Assembly (NCBI GenBank): GCA_007375645.1
Contig: VMER01000002.1
Coordinates: 29,710 to 93,709 of the forward strand
Origin: Parcubacteria group bacterium LiPW_15
GTDB taxonomy: Bacteria > Patescibacteriota > Minisyncoccia > UBA6257 > 2-01-FULL-56-20
Direction of reading: 5' to 3'
DNA: 64,000 bases
How positions within the stretch are numbered: position 1 is the first letter of the stretch; every line of letters begins with the position of its first letter. The translations under genes were made by a program, and so were the position numbers. Under the pieces are notes generated by a model that searched no databases, was not told the DNA's origin, and was given only the letters and a program-made list of their open reading frames with translations. Below, piece after piece: positions 1 through 9,499 of the stretch.

Positions 1-934
1 CGAAACACATGGCCTCAATAACCGCCATACCAAAATTTTCGGAATAAGACGGCAGCACGAACACATTGCTTTCGCGGAACGCGGCTGCTTTCATGTCCCC
101 CGCCAATTCCCCCGCGAAAATTATTCTGTCATCCAATTTAAGCTTGGAAATCAGTTCTTGGACATTTTTCTTGTATCCCTCATCGTCTCCTCCCGCGATC
201 ACAAGCACCGCAAAACGGTTTTTCTCAATAACCACTTTGAAGGCGGGAATGAGTGTATCAAATCCTTTCTTCCAGCTTATCCTCCCCAAAAACAACACTA
301 CTTTCTTTTCCGGAGAAATATCCAAACGCCTCCGGAACAGATTCGGGTCGGTCTGAATATCAAACTTGCCGACGTCTATTCCGTTTGGGACCACAAATGA
401 GTTCCGCGCCGGAAAACGCAACTCTTCGTATTCCTCTTTTTCGGCTTGTGCGGTGAAATGTATGGTGGCACCTCGCAAATTATTTTTTTCGACAAGGCTT
501 ATATATAACCGCTTCAATAAATTATTTTTGCGAGAGATGGGTTCGATCATCAAGCTACCGCGCGGCGAAACAATATATGGCTTGTTGTTCTTTCTGGCGT
601 AATAGGCCCCCAGCGTGGAGGCAAAGAGGAACACGGAGGTGATATGGATCAGATCAAAATCTTTCGCAGTTTCGGCGAGCATCCGATGAAGTGCCCGAGA
701 ATAAAACCACGCCCGGAAAAGTCCCGGCTTAAAGTAATACACTTTTACCCCATCCCGATCTATCGGCACGCCGAGCGGAACATCAAGGTCTTTCGGCCCG
801 TCCGCCGAAGTCGTATATACGGTCACCTCTGCCCCTTGCCTCACCAATTCTTTATTCAGGTTGTGTACGCTATGAATCGGACCGCCATAACGAAAAGCCG
901 GATAATAACTCGGAACGACGTGAAGTATCCGCAT
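1..934 (-). CDS. glycosyltransferase family 4 (partial, runs off window start)
   Basis: Manual translation from ATG 934: MRILHVVPSYYPAFRYGGPIHSVHNLNKELVRQGAEVTVYTT..., a typical GT4 N-terminus; not in the ORF track because the stop lies outside the window. Confidence 0.85.
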   Translation of the reverse strand, partial: MRILHVVPSYYPAFRYGGPIHSVHNLNKELVRQGAEVTVYTTSADGPKDLDVPLGVPIDRDGVKVYYFKPGLFRAWFYSRALHRMLAETAKDFDLIHITSVFLFASTLGAYYARKNNKPYIVSPRGSLMIEPISRKNNLLKRLYISLVEKNNLRGATIHFTAQAEKEEYEELRFPARNSFVVPNGIDVGKFDIQTDPNLFRRRLDISPEKKVVLFLGRISWKKGFDTLIPAFKVVIEKNRFAVLVIAGGDDEGYKKNVQELISKLKLDDRIIFAGELAGDMKAAAFRESNVFVLPSYSENFGMAVIEAMCF

Positions 935-969
935 CCGCTTTATAATACCTCAAGAAATTTTTTGGGCAA

Positions 970-1713
970 TCAGCGCTTAGGCTCAGCAACCAACTCATCC
1001 GAATCCTCGACCGTCCCCTTGGGCGAGGAAAACTCATACCCGTAAAGAGTAAGTAAGTCCATGCATTGTTTTTTAACGCCGGCTCCGTGAGTTGCCAAAA
1101 GAATCGTTGGTTTATTTTTCTCCAAAATATTTTTCGCTCCGGACAATGCCATAAATTCCGCCCCCTCTATGTCCATCTTGATTATTTTAGGAGAGAGGAT
1201 CTTCCCGGCCGCGAGCAATCCGTCCAAAGATTCAGTTTTGACCCTTGTCCCCCCGGACTCAGAGATATATCCGGTAGAGGTTGATTCTCCCGTGGCGAAT
1301 CCGGCCTCCCCCTCTTTATCAGCCACTGCAACTTTAAGCGCGATTACGTTCTCAACGCCGTTTAAAGACAAATGTTTTTTAATATTGTCAAAATTATTCG
1401 GAAACGGTTCGAAAGAAAAAACTTTGCCGGCCGGCCCTACTAATTTCGCAGCCAATAACGTATAGAATCCGGCTTGCGCACCCACGTCAAAAACAACGTC
1501 GCCAGGCTTAACGAGAGAAGTGAAAACCTTTTGCTTTTCTAGCTCATAACTCCCCAGCCAGTATCCCAAGACGCCCGAGCCTAATATCCACCGCGAACCC
1601 CTGAGAGGCCCCTGTAATATCGGAAGCGGAATATTTCTCGGAAAAAACTTCGCGATCTTCCTCAAAAAGGATCCGATGCCGCTATTTGCGTTAATTCCGG
1701 AAAAATTTATCAT
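970..1713 (-). CDS. FkbM family methyltransferase
   Basis: VFDVGAQAG, SFEP and KMDIEGAE motifs; start moved to ATG 1713, which forms an ATGA overlap with the upstream stop. Confidence 0.9.
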   Translation of the reverse strand: MINFSGINANSGIGSFLRKIAKFFPRNIPLPILQGPLRGSRWILGSGVLGYWLGSYELEKQKVFTSLVKPGDVVFDVGAQAGFYTLLAAKLVGPAGKVFSFEPFPNNFDNIKKHLSLNGVENVIALKVAVADKEGEAGFATGESTSTGYISESGGTRVKTESLDGLLAAGKILSPKIIKMDIEGAEFMALSGAKNILEKNKPTILLATHGAGVKKQCMDLLTLYGYEFSSPKGTVEDSDELVAEPKR

Positions 1714-2375
1714 TTTAAAATTTTTTTGATCTTTCTTATGCCTCCTCTCCAAAATCGCGCGAAATATTTTAGGTACGCATATTTCCAAAACGGAATCGCA
1801 CCCCTCTTCACAAAAAGAACGTCTCCATTCGTGGTCAAAGAGAAAGGAATGCAATAAAATCCGTTATCTTCGAACTTTTTCTTCAGCTCCTCGACTCTCG
1901 GCCCGAGCTCCGGATACAAAAAATCATGAAATTCCACAGCACATTGGGTTATTTTATTGAAATCTTCCGGCAAAAGAGACTCTATAAGAGATATTTCCGC
2001 GCACTCGATATCCATTTTCAAAAGATCTATCTTTTCTATTTTATGATCTGCGATCAAATCGGCATATTTATATTCTTTGGCGATTATTGATCGTCCGCCG
2101 GCGGCGGAATTCATCGTCGCGCACATGCCCTCCGGCAGAAAAATCTCTATCTCTCCATTTTTCCCGGAAACCGCAGCTAAAATGCCCACAACCTCCTTTT
2201 CCTTGGGAATTGCATTAAAAAGTTCCGGGACCGGCTCCACGACATAAACGCGCGCGTCATAAAGCGAACGCATCTCCCGCGCAAATTCGCCCCGATTCCC
2301 GCCCAGATCTACCACTACCCCGCCGCGCGGAAACAAATCGCCTATAAACGTGTGGTCAAAAAGTTTTCTGAGCAT
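1710..2375 (-). CDS. FkbM family methyltransferase
   Basis: VVDLGGNRG, VEP, KMDIECAE and VEFH motifs. Confidence 0.88.
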   Translation of the reverse strand: MLRKLFDHTFIGDLFPRGGVVVDLGGNRGEFAREMRSLYDARVYVVEPVPELFNAIPKEKEVVGILAAVSGKNGEIEIFLPEGMCATMNSAAGGRSIIAKEYKYADLIADHKIEKIDLLKMDIECAEISLIESLLPEDFNKITQCAVEFHDFLYPELGPRVEELKKKFEDNGFYCIPFSLTTNGDVLFVKRGAIPFWKYAYLKYFARFWRGGIRKIKKILK

Positions 2376-2384
2376 TCCGATATT

Positions 2385-3326
2385 CTACTTTGACTTCCTC
2401 ATCCACACAAGAAAGCCGTTAATGAATCTGTCGAATTTCGGGACGTTCCGTTCATCTAATTTTTTGGAAAGGTCCGGATCATTCTTTAATATCCGCCGGG
2501 CAAACCAATTTACCTTTGCTATGCCGAGGTCCATAAAAAAACCAGCTTCTTTGAATTTTTCAAAGTATTCTTCCGCGCGCAAATACGAGAACAATCTGCC
2601 GTGAAATAAAAAGTCTCCCTCAAGCGTCCCGGCCGCCGCCCCCAGCCCCTTTTTCTCAAAGCGCTCCTCATAAAGGCGTTGCTCGCAGATCAAATGATCC
2701 CAGCGGGTCATCTCCCCTCCCCAGTCAACATGGTCGCCGCCGGGTCCATACCAGATGGGCCCGAAAGAGGCGTAAAACCAGCCGTCATCCTTCAGATGTC
2801 TATTTGAACTTTTTAGAAAACCATCCATATCTTTTATATGCTCCAAAACCGCATCGGAAATTATCCAGTCAAATCTTCCTTCCGATTCAACTGTTTCAAA
2901 ACCTCCTTTCTCAAAAACCACTTCCACGCCAAATCGATCCTTGCACGTCTGCGCCACAAAATCCCACTCTTTTGAATATTCATAAACATCAAAGGCGGTT
3001 ATTTTTCGGGGGCGAAAGGCGGCTAGTTGAAAAATACAGTGTCCAAAACCGGCGCCTGGGACCAGAATCGAACTTCCCTTAAGAGCGTGCCGCCGGTCGC
3101 ACATGCGATAGGTTTTCTCCCGGAACATTCCTCCCTCTCGATTCAGGAACCACAACTTCCTGAGTTCGGGGGGCATTTCATCCCAAAGTCTGACTTTCAG
3201 CCATAAGTTAAAAAGATGTCGTTGGAAAAAATAATATATCAATTTTGCCTTTATCAGAAGGTGCCGCCAAGATGGCGTAGACTCTTCGATATCAATGGCT
3301 AAAATTCTTTTATTTTCCGGGTTCAT
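2385..3326 (-). CDS. class I SAM-dependent methyltransferase
   Basis: LVPGAGFG motif I and SDAVLEHI; start uncertain (3326 or 3353). Confidence 0.8.
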   Translation of the reverse strand: MNPENKRILAIDIEESTPSWRHLLIKAKLIYYFFQRHLFNLWLKVRLWDEMPPELRKLWFLNREGGMFREKTYRMCDRRHALKGSSILVPGAGFGHCIFQLAAFRPRKITAFDVYEYSKEWDFVAQTCKDRFGVEVVFEKGGFETVESEGRFDWIISDAVLEHIKDMDGFLKSSNRHLKDDGWFYASFGPIWYGPGGDHVDWGGEMTRWDHLICEQRLYEERFEKKGLGAAAGTLEGDFLFHGRLFSYLRAEEYFEKFKEAGFFMDLGIAKVNWFARRILKNDPDLSKKLDERNVPKFDRFINGFLVWMRKSK

Positions 3327-4476
3327 GCGTTTTTTTCGCCAAAACTCTTTCATACTCCGCGACTATCTTTTTTCCGTAGTCATCCCACGTAAAGCCCGAA
3401 GCGACCCGCTGTTTTGCCGACTCGCTCATCCGCTTAAGTTCTTCCGGGCGTTCATACAAATACAGAAGTTTTTCTTTCAGGGCATCTACGTTCCTTATCG
3501 GAATGACAAATCCATCGATACCGTCCCTTACAATATCGTCTCCTCCGGTGTTCGTCGTACAGATAACCGGCAATCCGCAAGCCATCGCCTGAGCCTGCAC
3601 GTAAGCCAGCCCCTCCTCGATAGACATCATCGCGAAAACCGAACCTTGAGAATAATATTTGTACATTTCGAAGTGCGGTATATGCCCAAGGTACCTGTAG
3701 CTTCCCGCGTACCTGGAAAAAAACGGTTTAATCTCGTCGTTTAGCGCCCCCATCAGCATAAGTTCTGAATTTGGAAGATTTAGCTCCGCACAAGCTTGCA
3801 AAAGATAATGTACGCCCTTCCTAAGGGACAATCCTCCAGCAAAAACAACACGAAACTTATTATCTTCTTTTTCCACCTGCCTGAAAGCTCCAAGGTCGAC
3901 TCCGAACGGCACATGTATTATTTTGGCCTCCGGTATCCCTTTTTCCAAAAAAGTTCTCTTCACGAATTTTGACGGCACGGTTATGTAATCCGCTTCTTCA
4001 AACGCACGAAGTTCCTTGTTTATTATTTTTTCATTGGAAATCTCTCCGCGCACTCCGAATTTTTCATACTCTTCGGATAAGATGTCTCTTTGGTAGATAG
4101 GATGGGAACTCGCGTGTTCTGCGATTGCCAGCGCTCCAAGTTCTTTCGCCCTCCTCATTCCGTACAACGATGAACTCGAAAATCCTGTAAAAATATCACA
4201 AGCTACAACCTGTCTCGCCGCCAGCCGATCATATATTTCGAGAATTGCATATTCCAAATCCAGCTTACGTCGGATTGCGAACGGAAGCTTGTGCCAACCC
4301 CTTTCGAGAATTTCTTTTATCAGGATCGATCTGGTTTTTCCTCTTTCGATCCCGTATTTAATTGCTTCAAACTTCGGGTAAGAGGTTATAAAACGCTCCA
4401 AGTAACCCCTTTCTTGGAGTTGCTTGGCAAGGAAAAACATATGGAACTTTCCGGCAACGGAAACAATTGTTCTCAT
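3310..4476 (-). CDS. glycosyltransferase family 4
   Basis: GT-B C-terminus: RKGV, SIEEGLAYVQAQAMACGLPVI. Confidence 0.9.
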   Translation of the reverse strand: MRTIVSVAGKFHMFFLAKQLQERGYLERFITSYPKFEAIKYGIERGKTRSILIKEILERGWHKLPFAIRRKLDLEYAILEIYDRLAARQVVACDIFTGFSSSSLYGMRRAKELGALAIAEHASSHPIYQRDILSEEYEKFGVRGEISNEKIINKELRAFEEADYITVPSKFVKRTFLEKGIPEAKIIHVPFGVDLGAFRQVEKEDNKFRVVFAGGLSLRKGVHYLLQACAELNLPNSELMLMGALNDEIKPFFSRYAGSYRYLGHIPHFEMYKYYSQGSVFAMMSIEEGLAYVQAQAMACGLPVICTTNTGGDDIVRDGIDGFVIPIRNVDALKEKLLYLYERPEELKRMSESAKQRVASGFTWDDYGKKIVAEYERVLAKKTHEPGK

Positions 4477-5525
4477 CTCTTATTTTTTATTTCGCCGTAT
4501 ATTTTTAATATCTTTTCCGCCCTATCCGCATATGAATAATCCTGAGCCTTAGAGCGCAAATAGCCGGCCTCACGGATTCTCTCTCTTTCTTCGTCGTGAA
4601 CAAGATAATATTTTATTTTATCCCTGAACTCGGCATAGGAAGAGAAAAAGGCCGCCTCCACTCCTTCCTTGAAAAGTTCGGTTGCCTCCGGAGTCCTTTC
4701 GTGCAGCATGAATCCGCGACAGGCCGGAATCTCATAGGTACGAACGGTTTGTTGGTCGCGGTTATGATGGCGCAGAAAGGCGATTATTATTTTACTGGAA
4801 TTGATAACCTTGGACATCTCCTCCCCAATTACCGGCTTGTACATTATAGACCCGCTCCCCCTAAGACATCGCACCCCTTTGGCCCTCCTCCAGCCATTCC
4901 CATAAATTTTTATGTCGCATCCTTCTTCGCAAAGCCTTTCAAGATATCCCACCCGATCTTCGTTCGCATAGGTGCCGATGAATATGACGTCGGCTCCAAC
5001 ACGAATTTTTTCTTCATTGTTCGCCGGCTCTACCGGATATTCGATTGCCTGATCAACCGCCAATGGAACAAACTCTGCTCTTTTGGCGCCCACCCTCTTT
5101 AATTCTGTAACGTTTTGGGAATTCATGGAGATTATGCAGTCATATACTCCCAAAGTTTTCATAAACAGTGTGCTTAAATTTTTTGCGCGAAAAACAGCGT
5201 CGTCATTTCTCGCAAACAGGACCGCACCTGTGAGGTTTTTAATTGCGCGCAGTGTCTCCGGCTTGATCTGCCTTTGTTCCAGAAATAAAATCATTTCCGG
5301 TTTAAAAATTTTAGCCCTGGAAAGAATAGCGTCGTTCAGCCGTTTAACTCCAAAATAAATGGGGATGCGCACGAACTTGTTAAGAATCCTGTTCCAGAAG
5401 GCCTGCTTGTAAAACAGACTATTGTCCACTATTTCCACTTCATGGCCAAGCGCCGAAAACGTCCGCTGGTAGGAAAGAGCGGGGGCCTGCTCGGTCGGAA
5501 CGCTACCGACAATTAAAATTTTCAT
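4473..5525 (-). CDS. glycosyltransferase (CgeB/Glyco_trans_1_2-like)
   Basis: DVIFIG, IYGNGW and RTYEIPAC motifs. Confidence 0.82.
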   Translation of the reverse strand: MKILIVGSVPTEQAPALSYQRTFSALGHEVEIVDNSLFYKQAFWNRILNKFVRIPIYFGVKRLNDAILSRAKIFKPEMILFLEQRQIKPETLRAIKNLTGAVLFARNDDAVFRAKNLSTLFMKTLGVYDCIISMNSQNVTELKRVGAKRAEFVPLAVDQAIEYPVEPANNEEKIRVGADVIFIGTYANEDRVGYLERLCEEGCDIKIYGNGWRRAKGVRCLRGSGSIMYKPVIGEEMSKVINSSKIIIAFLRHHNRDQQTVRTYEIPACRGFMLHERTPEATELFKEGVEAAFFSSYAEFRDKIKYYLVHDEERERIREAGYLRSKAQDYSYADRAEKILKIYGEIKNKR

Positions 5526-7818
5526 TTTTTAGTGTCTTAACGGCGGAAAGGATGGCTTCTGCATCTTTCTTATAATTGTAGCGGCTTACCCTTTCATAAG
5601 ATTTTTGCCCGAATAACGCCCTCGTTTCAGCGTCCGCAGCCAGATAACCCAAGCGAGACGCGAGCTCATTCACATCCCCAACCTTAAAAATATAACCGTT
5701 CTCCCCACTCTCCACCAAATCCGGTCCGCAACCCACGATATCGGAAACTAAAACCGGAAGGGAAAAACACATCGCCTCGTTCACTACCAACCCCCACGTT
5801 TCTCCGGTTTCGGACGGCAGAACAAAAATATCGGCTACGGCATAATACTCGGTTATTTCTTCTTGAGATTTGAAGCCGACGAAATGTATGTTTAATATAT
5901 TCTTTTCCCTCGCATATTTTTCCAATTCGCCGCGCAATGGCCCATCCCCCACAAACACCAAGCCTGCTTGAATCCCCCTCCCCAGCAGTTTTTCGAAGGC
6001 CAGTAAAAGATCTTTCGGACGTTTTTTTTCGACGAGCTTACCTAGAAACAGTATGAGCGGAACTCCCTGCGGCAAATCAAGCCCACTCTTAAGCGCGGCT
6101 TTATTTACTCCAAGTTCTTCGTATTTTTTTCGAAATTTTTCGTTGTCCACGGCGTATGGGGCAAAAAATAATTTGCGAGCCGGCACCCCGTAGAACATAT
6201 AAAACTTTTTATTCTCTTCCCCTATATACATGAACGCCGAGACAAATCGGAACATCGAACTCAAAATTATTTTTTTCAAAAATAATTTTGCCCCGCTCTT
6301 TCCCGCGTTTTGAAAGAGAGGGCTTTCGCCCCTCATAATGATCGGCGTGCCGGTCAACACTGCGGCAAGGATCGCAAGCCAGTTCGAGAAGTAATTCCAT
6401 CCGTTCACAAAAATAGCATCGTACCCGTTCCTCCAAAGCTCAAAATATATTCCGGGATTGATCAGGCTGAAAAACCGTCCCACCGAAGAATATGGAGAGT
6501 AGTTCTTTAAAACTGTGTATTTCAGGCCGTCCAAAATTTCGGGGCCGTACCACCTCACAACCTTCCCGAAGGTTTCGTCCAATCCTGGCCGGATACTGAA
6601 GTCGGAACCGAAATATATTGAAAGATCTATCACCGGATTCTTTGCAATCTCCTTGTACAGATCAATCACGTAGTGGATCGGGTGCGAAACGAATGCTGCA
6701 AGCTTAATCGTTTCGTTTTCTTCGTCGCCGGATAAAAAATTACCGATCAATCCAGCCAAAATCGCCCCGGTTTTAACGGTTATTCCTTTTTTCAAAAAAA
6801 CATCCCTCCCGTTTTCCGCGATTTTTTTTCTTAACGCCTGGTTCTCGCTCAGCTTGATTATGGCATCCGCAAGATCTTTGGGATCAGCCGGCCGGCAAAA
6901 AACAATATTCTCTCCATCGGTAAATATTCTCGCGGCAGGCGCCGAATACCTTGTAATCACGGGCTTTCCCATAGCCGCAGCATCCCAAACCTTGAATGGC
7001 ACGACCATCCCCGCCTGTTCGGTGTCCCCAAAATGGCCTAAGCAAATATCTGCCTTCGCCATTATTTCGGGAAGTCTCTCTGCAGGGACAGAATCTAAAA
7101 AAATCAGATTACCGGGATCATCTTTTCGAACAAGTTTTATTATTTCGTCCTTTTCCGGACCGCTCCCTAAAATAGTTATTTTTAGATCGATTTTTGAGGC
7201 TAGTATTTTAGCGGCCGCAACTATGGTTTCTATCCCGTGTAGCGGATAAAAACTCGCGACGCAAAAAATCTTCAGCACCTCGCGCCCCCCTCCCCCCGCA
7301 TCCCTTGGAAAGAATATATCTTCATCGGAGCCAACCGGATAGATCCTTATCTTTTTTTTGTTTACCTTGAAAGTTTTATTGAAATAATCGCCGTGTTCTT
7401 CCGTATCTAAAAAGATTAGATCTGCCAATTTACAAGCCACAAAATCCAAGGCAAAAAAATACTTCGCCTTGATGGAGTTCGGAGATATTCGCCCCCCGCC
7501 TTCTCCGGCCACCCTTACGTGATAGTAGGAGATAAACGCATCCAAAATCACCCGCCGTCCGGTCAGTAATCCCAAAATTTTTGCCAGAGGCACATAAGCT
7601 TGTCCCGCAGCGCAAACTAAGATTAAATCCGCTTTTTTGTAAACTTCGAAATACATCTTCGCAAGTTCGAAACTGCGGATCCAAACCGAAGGCCGCCGGC
7701 TTTGGCATTCAAAAACCTCCACTCCGTTTCTCCTTAGCCCCTTTAGGGTTGTCCGGGGCCTTGCGTGTTCCGGGTCATAGCCGCCAAAATAAACGATGCT
7801 TGGAATTTTACCCCGCAT
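5503..7818 (-). CDS. tandem two-domain GT4 glycosyltransferase fusion
   Basis: Two GT-B modules: PFKVWDAAAMGKPVIT and ETWGLVVNEAMCFSLPV. Confidence 0.88.
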   Translation of the reverse strand: MRGKIPSIVYFGGYDPEHARPRTTLKGLRRNGVEVFECQSRRPSVWIRSFELAKMYFEVYKKADLILVCAAGQAYVPLAKILGLLTGRRVILDAFISYYHVRVAGEGGGRISPNSIKAKYFFALDFVACKLADLIFLDTEEHGDYFNKTFKVNKKKIRIYPVGSDEDIFFPRDAGGGGREVLKIFCVASFYPLHGIETIVAAAKILASKIDLKITILGSGPEKDEIIKLVRKDDPGNLIFLDSVPAERLPEIMAKADICLGHFGDTEQAGMVVPFKVWDAAAMGKPVITRYSAPAARIFTDGENIVFCRPADPKDLADAIIKLSENQALRKKIAENGRDVFLKKGITVKTGAILAGLIGNFLSGDEENETIKLAAFVSHPIHYVIDLYKEIAKNPVIDLSIYFGSDFSIRPGLDETFGKVVRWYGPEILDGLKYTVLKNYSPYSSVGRFFSLINPGIYFELWRNGYDAIFVNGWNYFSNWLAILAAVLTGTPIIMRGESPLFQNAGKSGAKLFLKKIILSSMFRFVSAFMYIGEENKKFYMFYGVPARKLFFAPYAVDNEKFRKKYEELGVNKAALKSGLDLPQGVPLILFLGKLVEKKRPKDLLLAFEKLLGRGIQAGLVFVGDGPLRGELEKYAREKNILNIHFVGFKSQEEITEYYAVADIFVLPSETGETWGLVVNEAMCFSLPVLVSDIVGCGPDLVESGENGYIFKVGDVNELASRLGYLAADAETRALFGQKSYERVSRYNYKKDAEAILSAVKTLKNENFNCR

Positions 7819-7828
7819 AATTTGGTGT

Positions 7829-7835
7829 TATTATA
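7829..7835. promoter_or_regulatory. overlapping bidirectional -10 boxes (TATTAT on +, TATAAT on -)
   Basis: TATTATA sits in the 23-bp gap between the divergent starts at 7818 and 7842. Confidence 0.55.
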
Positions 7836-7841
7836 GGCAAT

Positions 7842-8585
7842 ATGACATCAGAACACAAAGACTCTTGGGAAGCGCGCGCTTATAACAAGTACGGTTCTGG
7901 ACACGCCACTTTTGCACAAAGAGGGAATATTTCAAAAGAGGAAATACGGCATCAATATCCGGCCTGGAGTAAATATTTCGGTCGGAGTCTTCCGGCACCG
8001 AAGAATTCCGCGATTCTTGATGCAGGCTGTGGAAACGGAGAATTTTTATTGTGGCTAAAAGAATCCGGCTATTCCAACTTGGAGGGTATCGACATAAGCG
8101 AGGAACAGATCGCAAGGGCAAAATCCCTCGGCGTGAATGCGAAACACGGCGACCTCCCAAACTTTCTGACAGCACAAAAAAACCGTTACGATTGCATTAT
8201 CGCCCGCGACATCATCGAACATTTTTCAAAAGACGACCTCCTCGTTTTGCTGGATGGGTTCCAAAATGCCCTTAAGCCCGAAGGTGTTTTAATAATCCAA
8301 ACTCCGAACGCAGAGGGCCCCTTCGGAAGCAGAAGCCGATATATGGATTTTACCCACCACCTGAGCTTTACCAGACTTAGCCTTGGACACGCTCTTTCTC
8401 TCGCCGGTTTCGAAAAAGTTAGATTCTATTCCATGGGTCCGGTAGTTCACGGGTTTTTTTCCACAATCAGGTATGCGGTTTGGAAAATTATTGAACTTGG
8501 AATCCGGATCTACCAGCTTGCGGAAACCGGAACCGGTGCGGGCATTTATACGCAAAATATAATTGCGACAGCGACAAAATCTTAA
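7842..8585 (+). CDS. class I SAM-dependent methyltransferase
   Basis: ILDAGCGNG, GIDIS, DIIEH and QTPN motifs. Confidence 0.9.
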   Translation: MTSEHKDSWEARAYNKYGSGHATFAQRGNISKEEIRHQYPAWSKYFGRSLPAPKNSAILDAGCGNGEFLLWLKESGYSNLEGIDISEEQIARAKSLGVNAKHGDLPNFLTAQKNRYDCIIARDIIEHFSKDDLLVLLDGFQNALKPEGVLIIQTPNAEGPFGSRSRYMDFTHHLSFTRLSLGHALSLAGFEKVRFYSMGPVVHGFFSTIRYAVWKIIELGIRIYQLAETGTGAGIYTQNIIATATKS

Positions 8586-9499
8586 TTCGGAACGTTCAGG
8601 TGGGATACCAAAAATGTCCCCATCGACAACCGTCTTGTAAAAAACCTGTTAACGCTGTCGGGAATAAGTTTGGCAAATAAATTTTTCAACCTCCCGGAAG
8701 GAAGCAGAACGACATCCGACTTCGGACCCATAACTTCGATCTTTTCGATTTCGAACATTTTTCCGCAAAGCCGTCGCCATTCAGCAGGGGTATAATATCT
8801 CGCCAAAGCTCCGTCAGTATAAAGTTGTATATTTTCCGCAATCGATCTCTTAAACAGCTCGCCGCGGAACAACGATCTGACAAAAACGGTAATATAGTAA
8901 TTCCACCATCCCCGGTGATACACCATAATAATTGCCCTTCCCCCGGGCCTTAAGACCCGTTTTATTTCTCTCAAAACCTGTTCCGTGCTTGAAGAGTGAT
9001 GAATAACTCCCCAGCTCCACACATAGTCAAAACTTTTATCCGGAAAAGTCATTTTTTCCGCGTCCATCTTCTGGATAGAGCCGTTCAAATTGAATATTTT
9101 GAGCCGCTCGGTCGTGCTTTTGACCGCATAGTCCGTCAGGTCTATTCCTGCAAAAGATTTTGCAGACGCCGCAAGCAACTGTGCATGACTGCCGTTTCCG
9201 ACTCCGATCTCCAGAACATCTTTGTCTTTAACGAAGGTCCTGTCTATTAATTCAAAAAATGGATTACCGTCCCCGGCGAGATATTCCGCGGCGTTACAAA
9301 AAAATCTTTTGTTTATCTCTTCGTAGAACTCTTTGGAAAATTCCGGCGGCGCAACCTTGTCCTCCCAGTCGTAGCGCATGGGATTATTCTGCCACCAACG
9401 ATAATTTTGCTCCTGCCAGCCCCGCGCTTCGTCTTGCGAAGTCGGGAGTTTTGTCGGGCCGGTAAATCCTTTCAAATTTTCGTTTTTAAGGTTTTTCAT
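8582..9499 (-). CDS. class I SAM-dependent methyltransferase
   Basis: VLEIGVGNG, SWGVIHH and RVLRPGG; probable start MKNLK at 9499 overlapping the asnB end. Confidence 0.88.
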   Translation of the reverse strand: MKNLKNENLKGFTGPTKLPTSQDEARGWQEQNYRWWQNNPMRYDWEDKVAPPEFSKEFYEEINKRFFCNAAEYLAGDGNPFFELIDRTFVKDKDVLEIGVGNGSHAQLLAASAKSFAGIDLTDYAVKSTTERLKIFNLNGSIQKMDAEKMTFPDKSFDYVWSWGVIHHSSSTEQVLREIKRVLRPGGRAIIMVYHRGWWNYYITVFVRSLFRGELFKRSIAENIQLYTDGALARYYTPAEWRRLCGKMFEIEKIEVMGPKSDVVLLPSGRLKNLFAKLIPDSVNRFFTRRLSMGTFLVSHLNVPN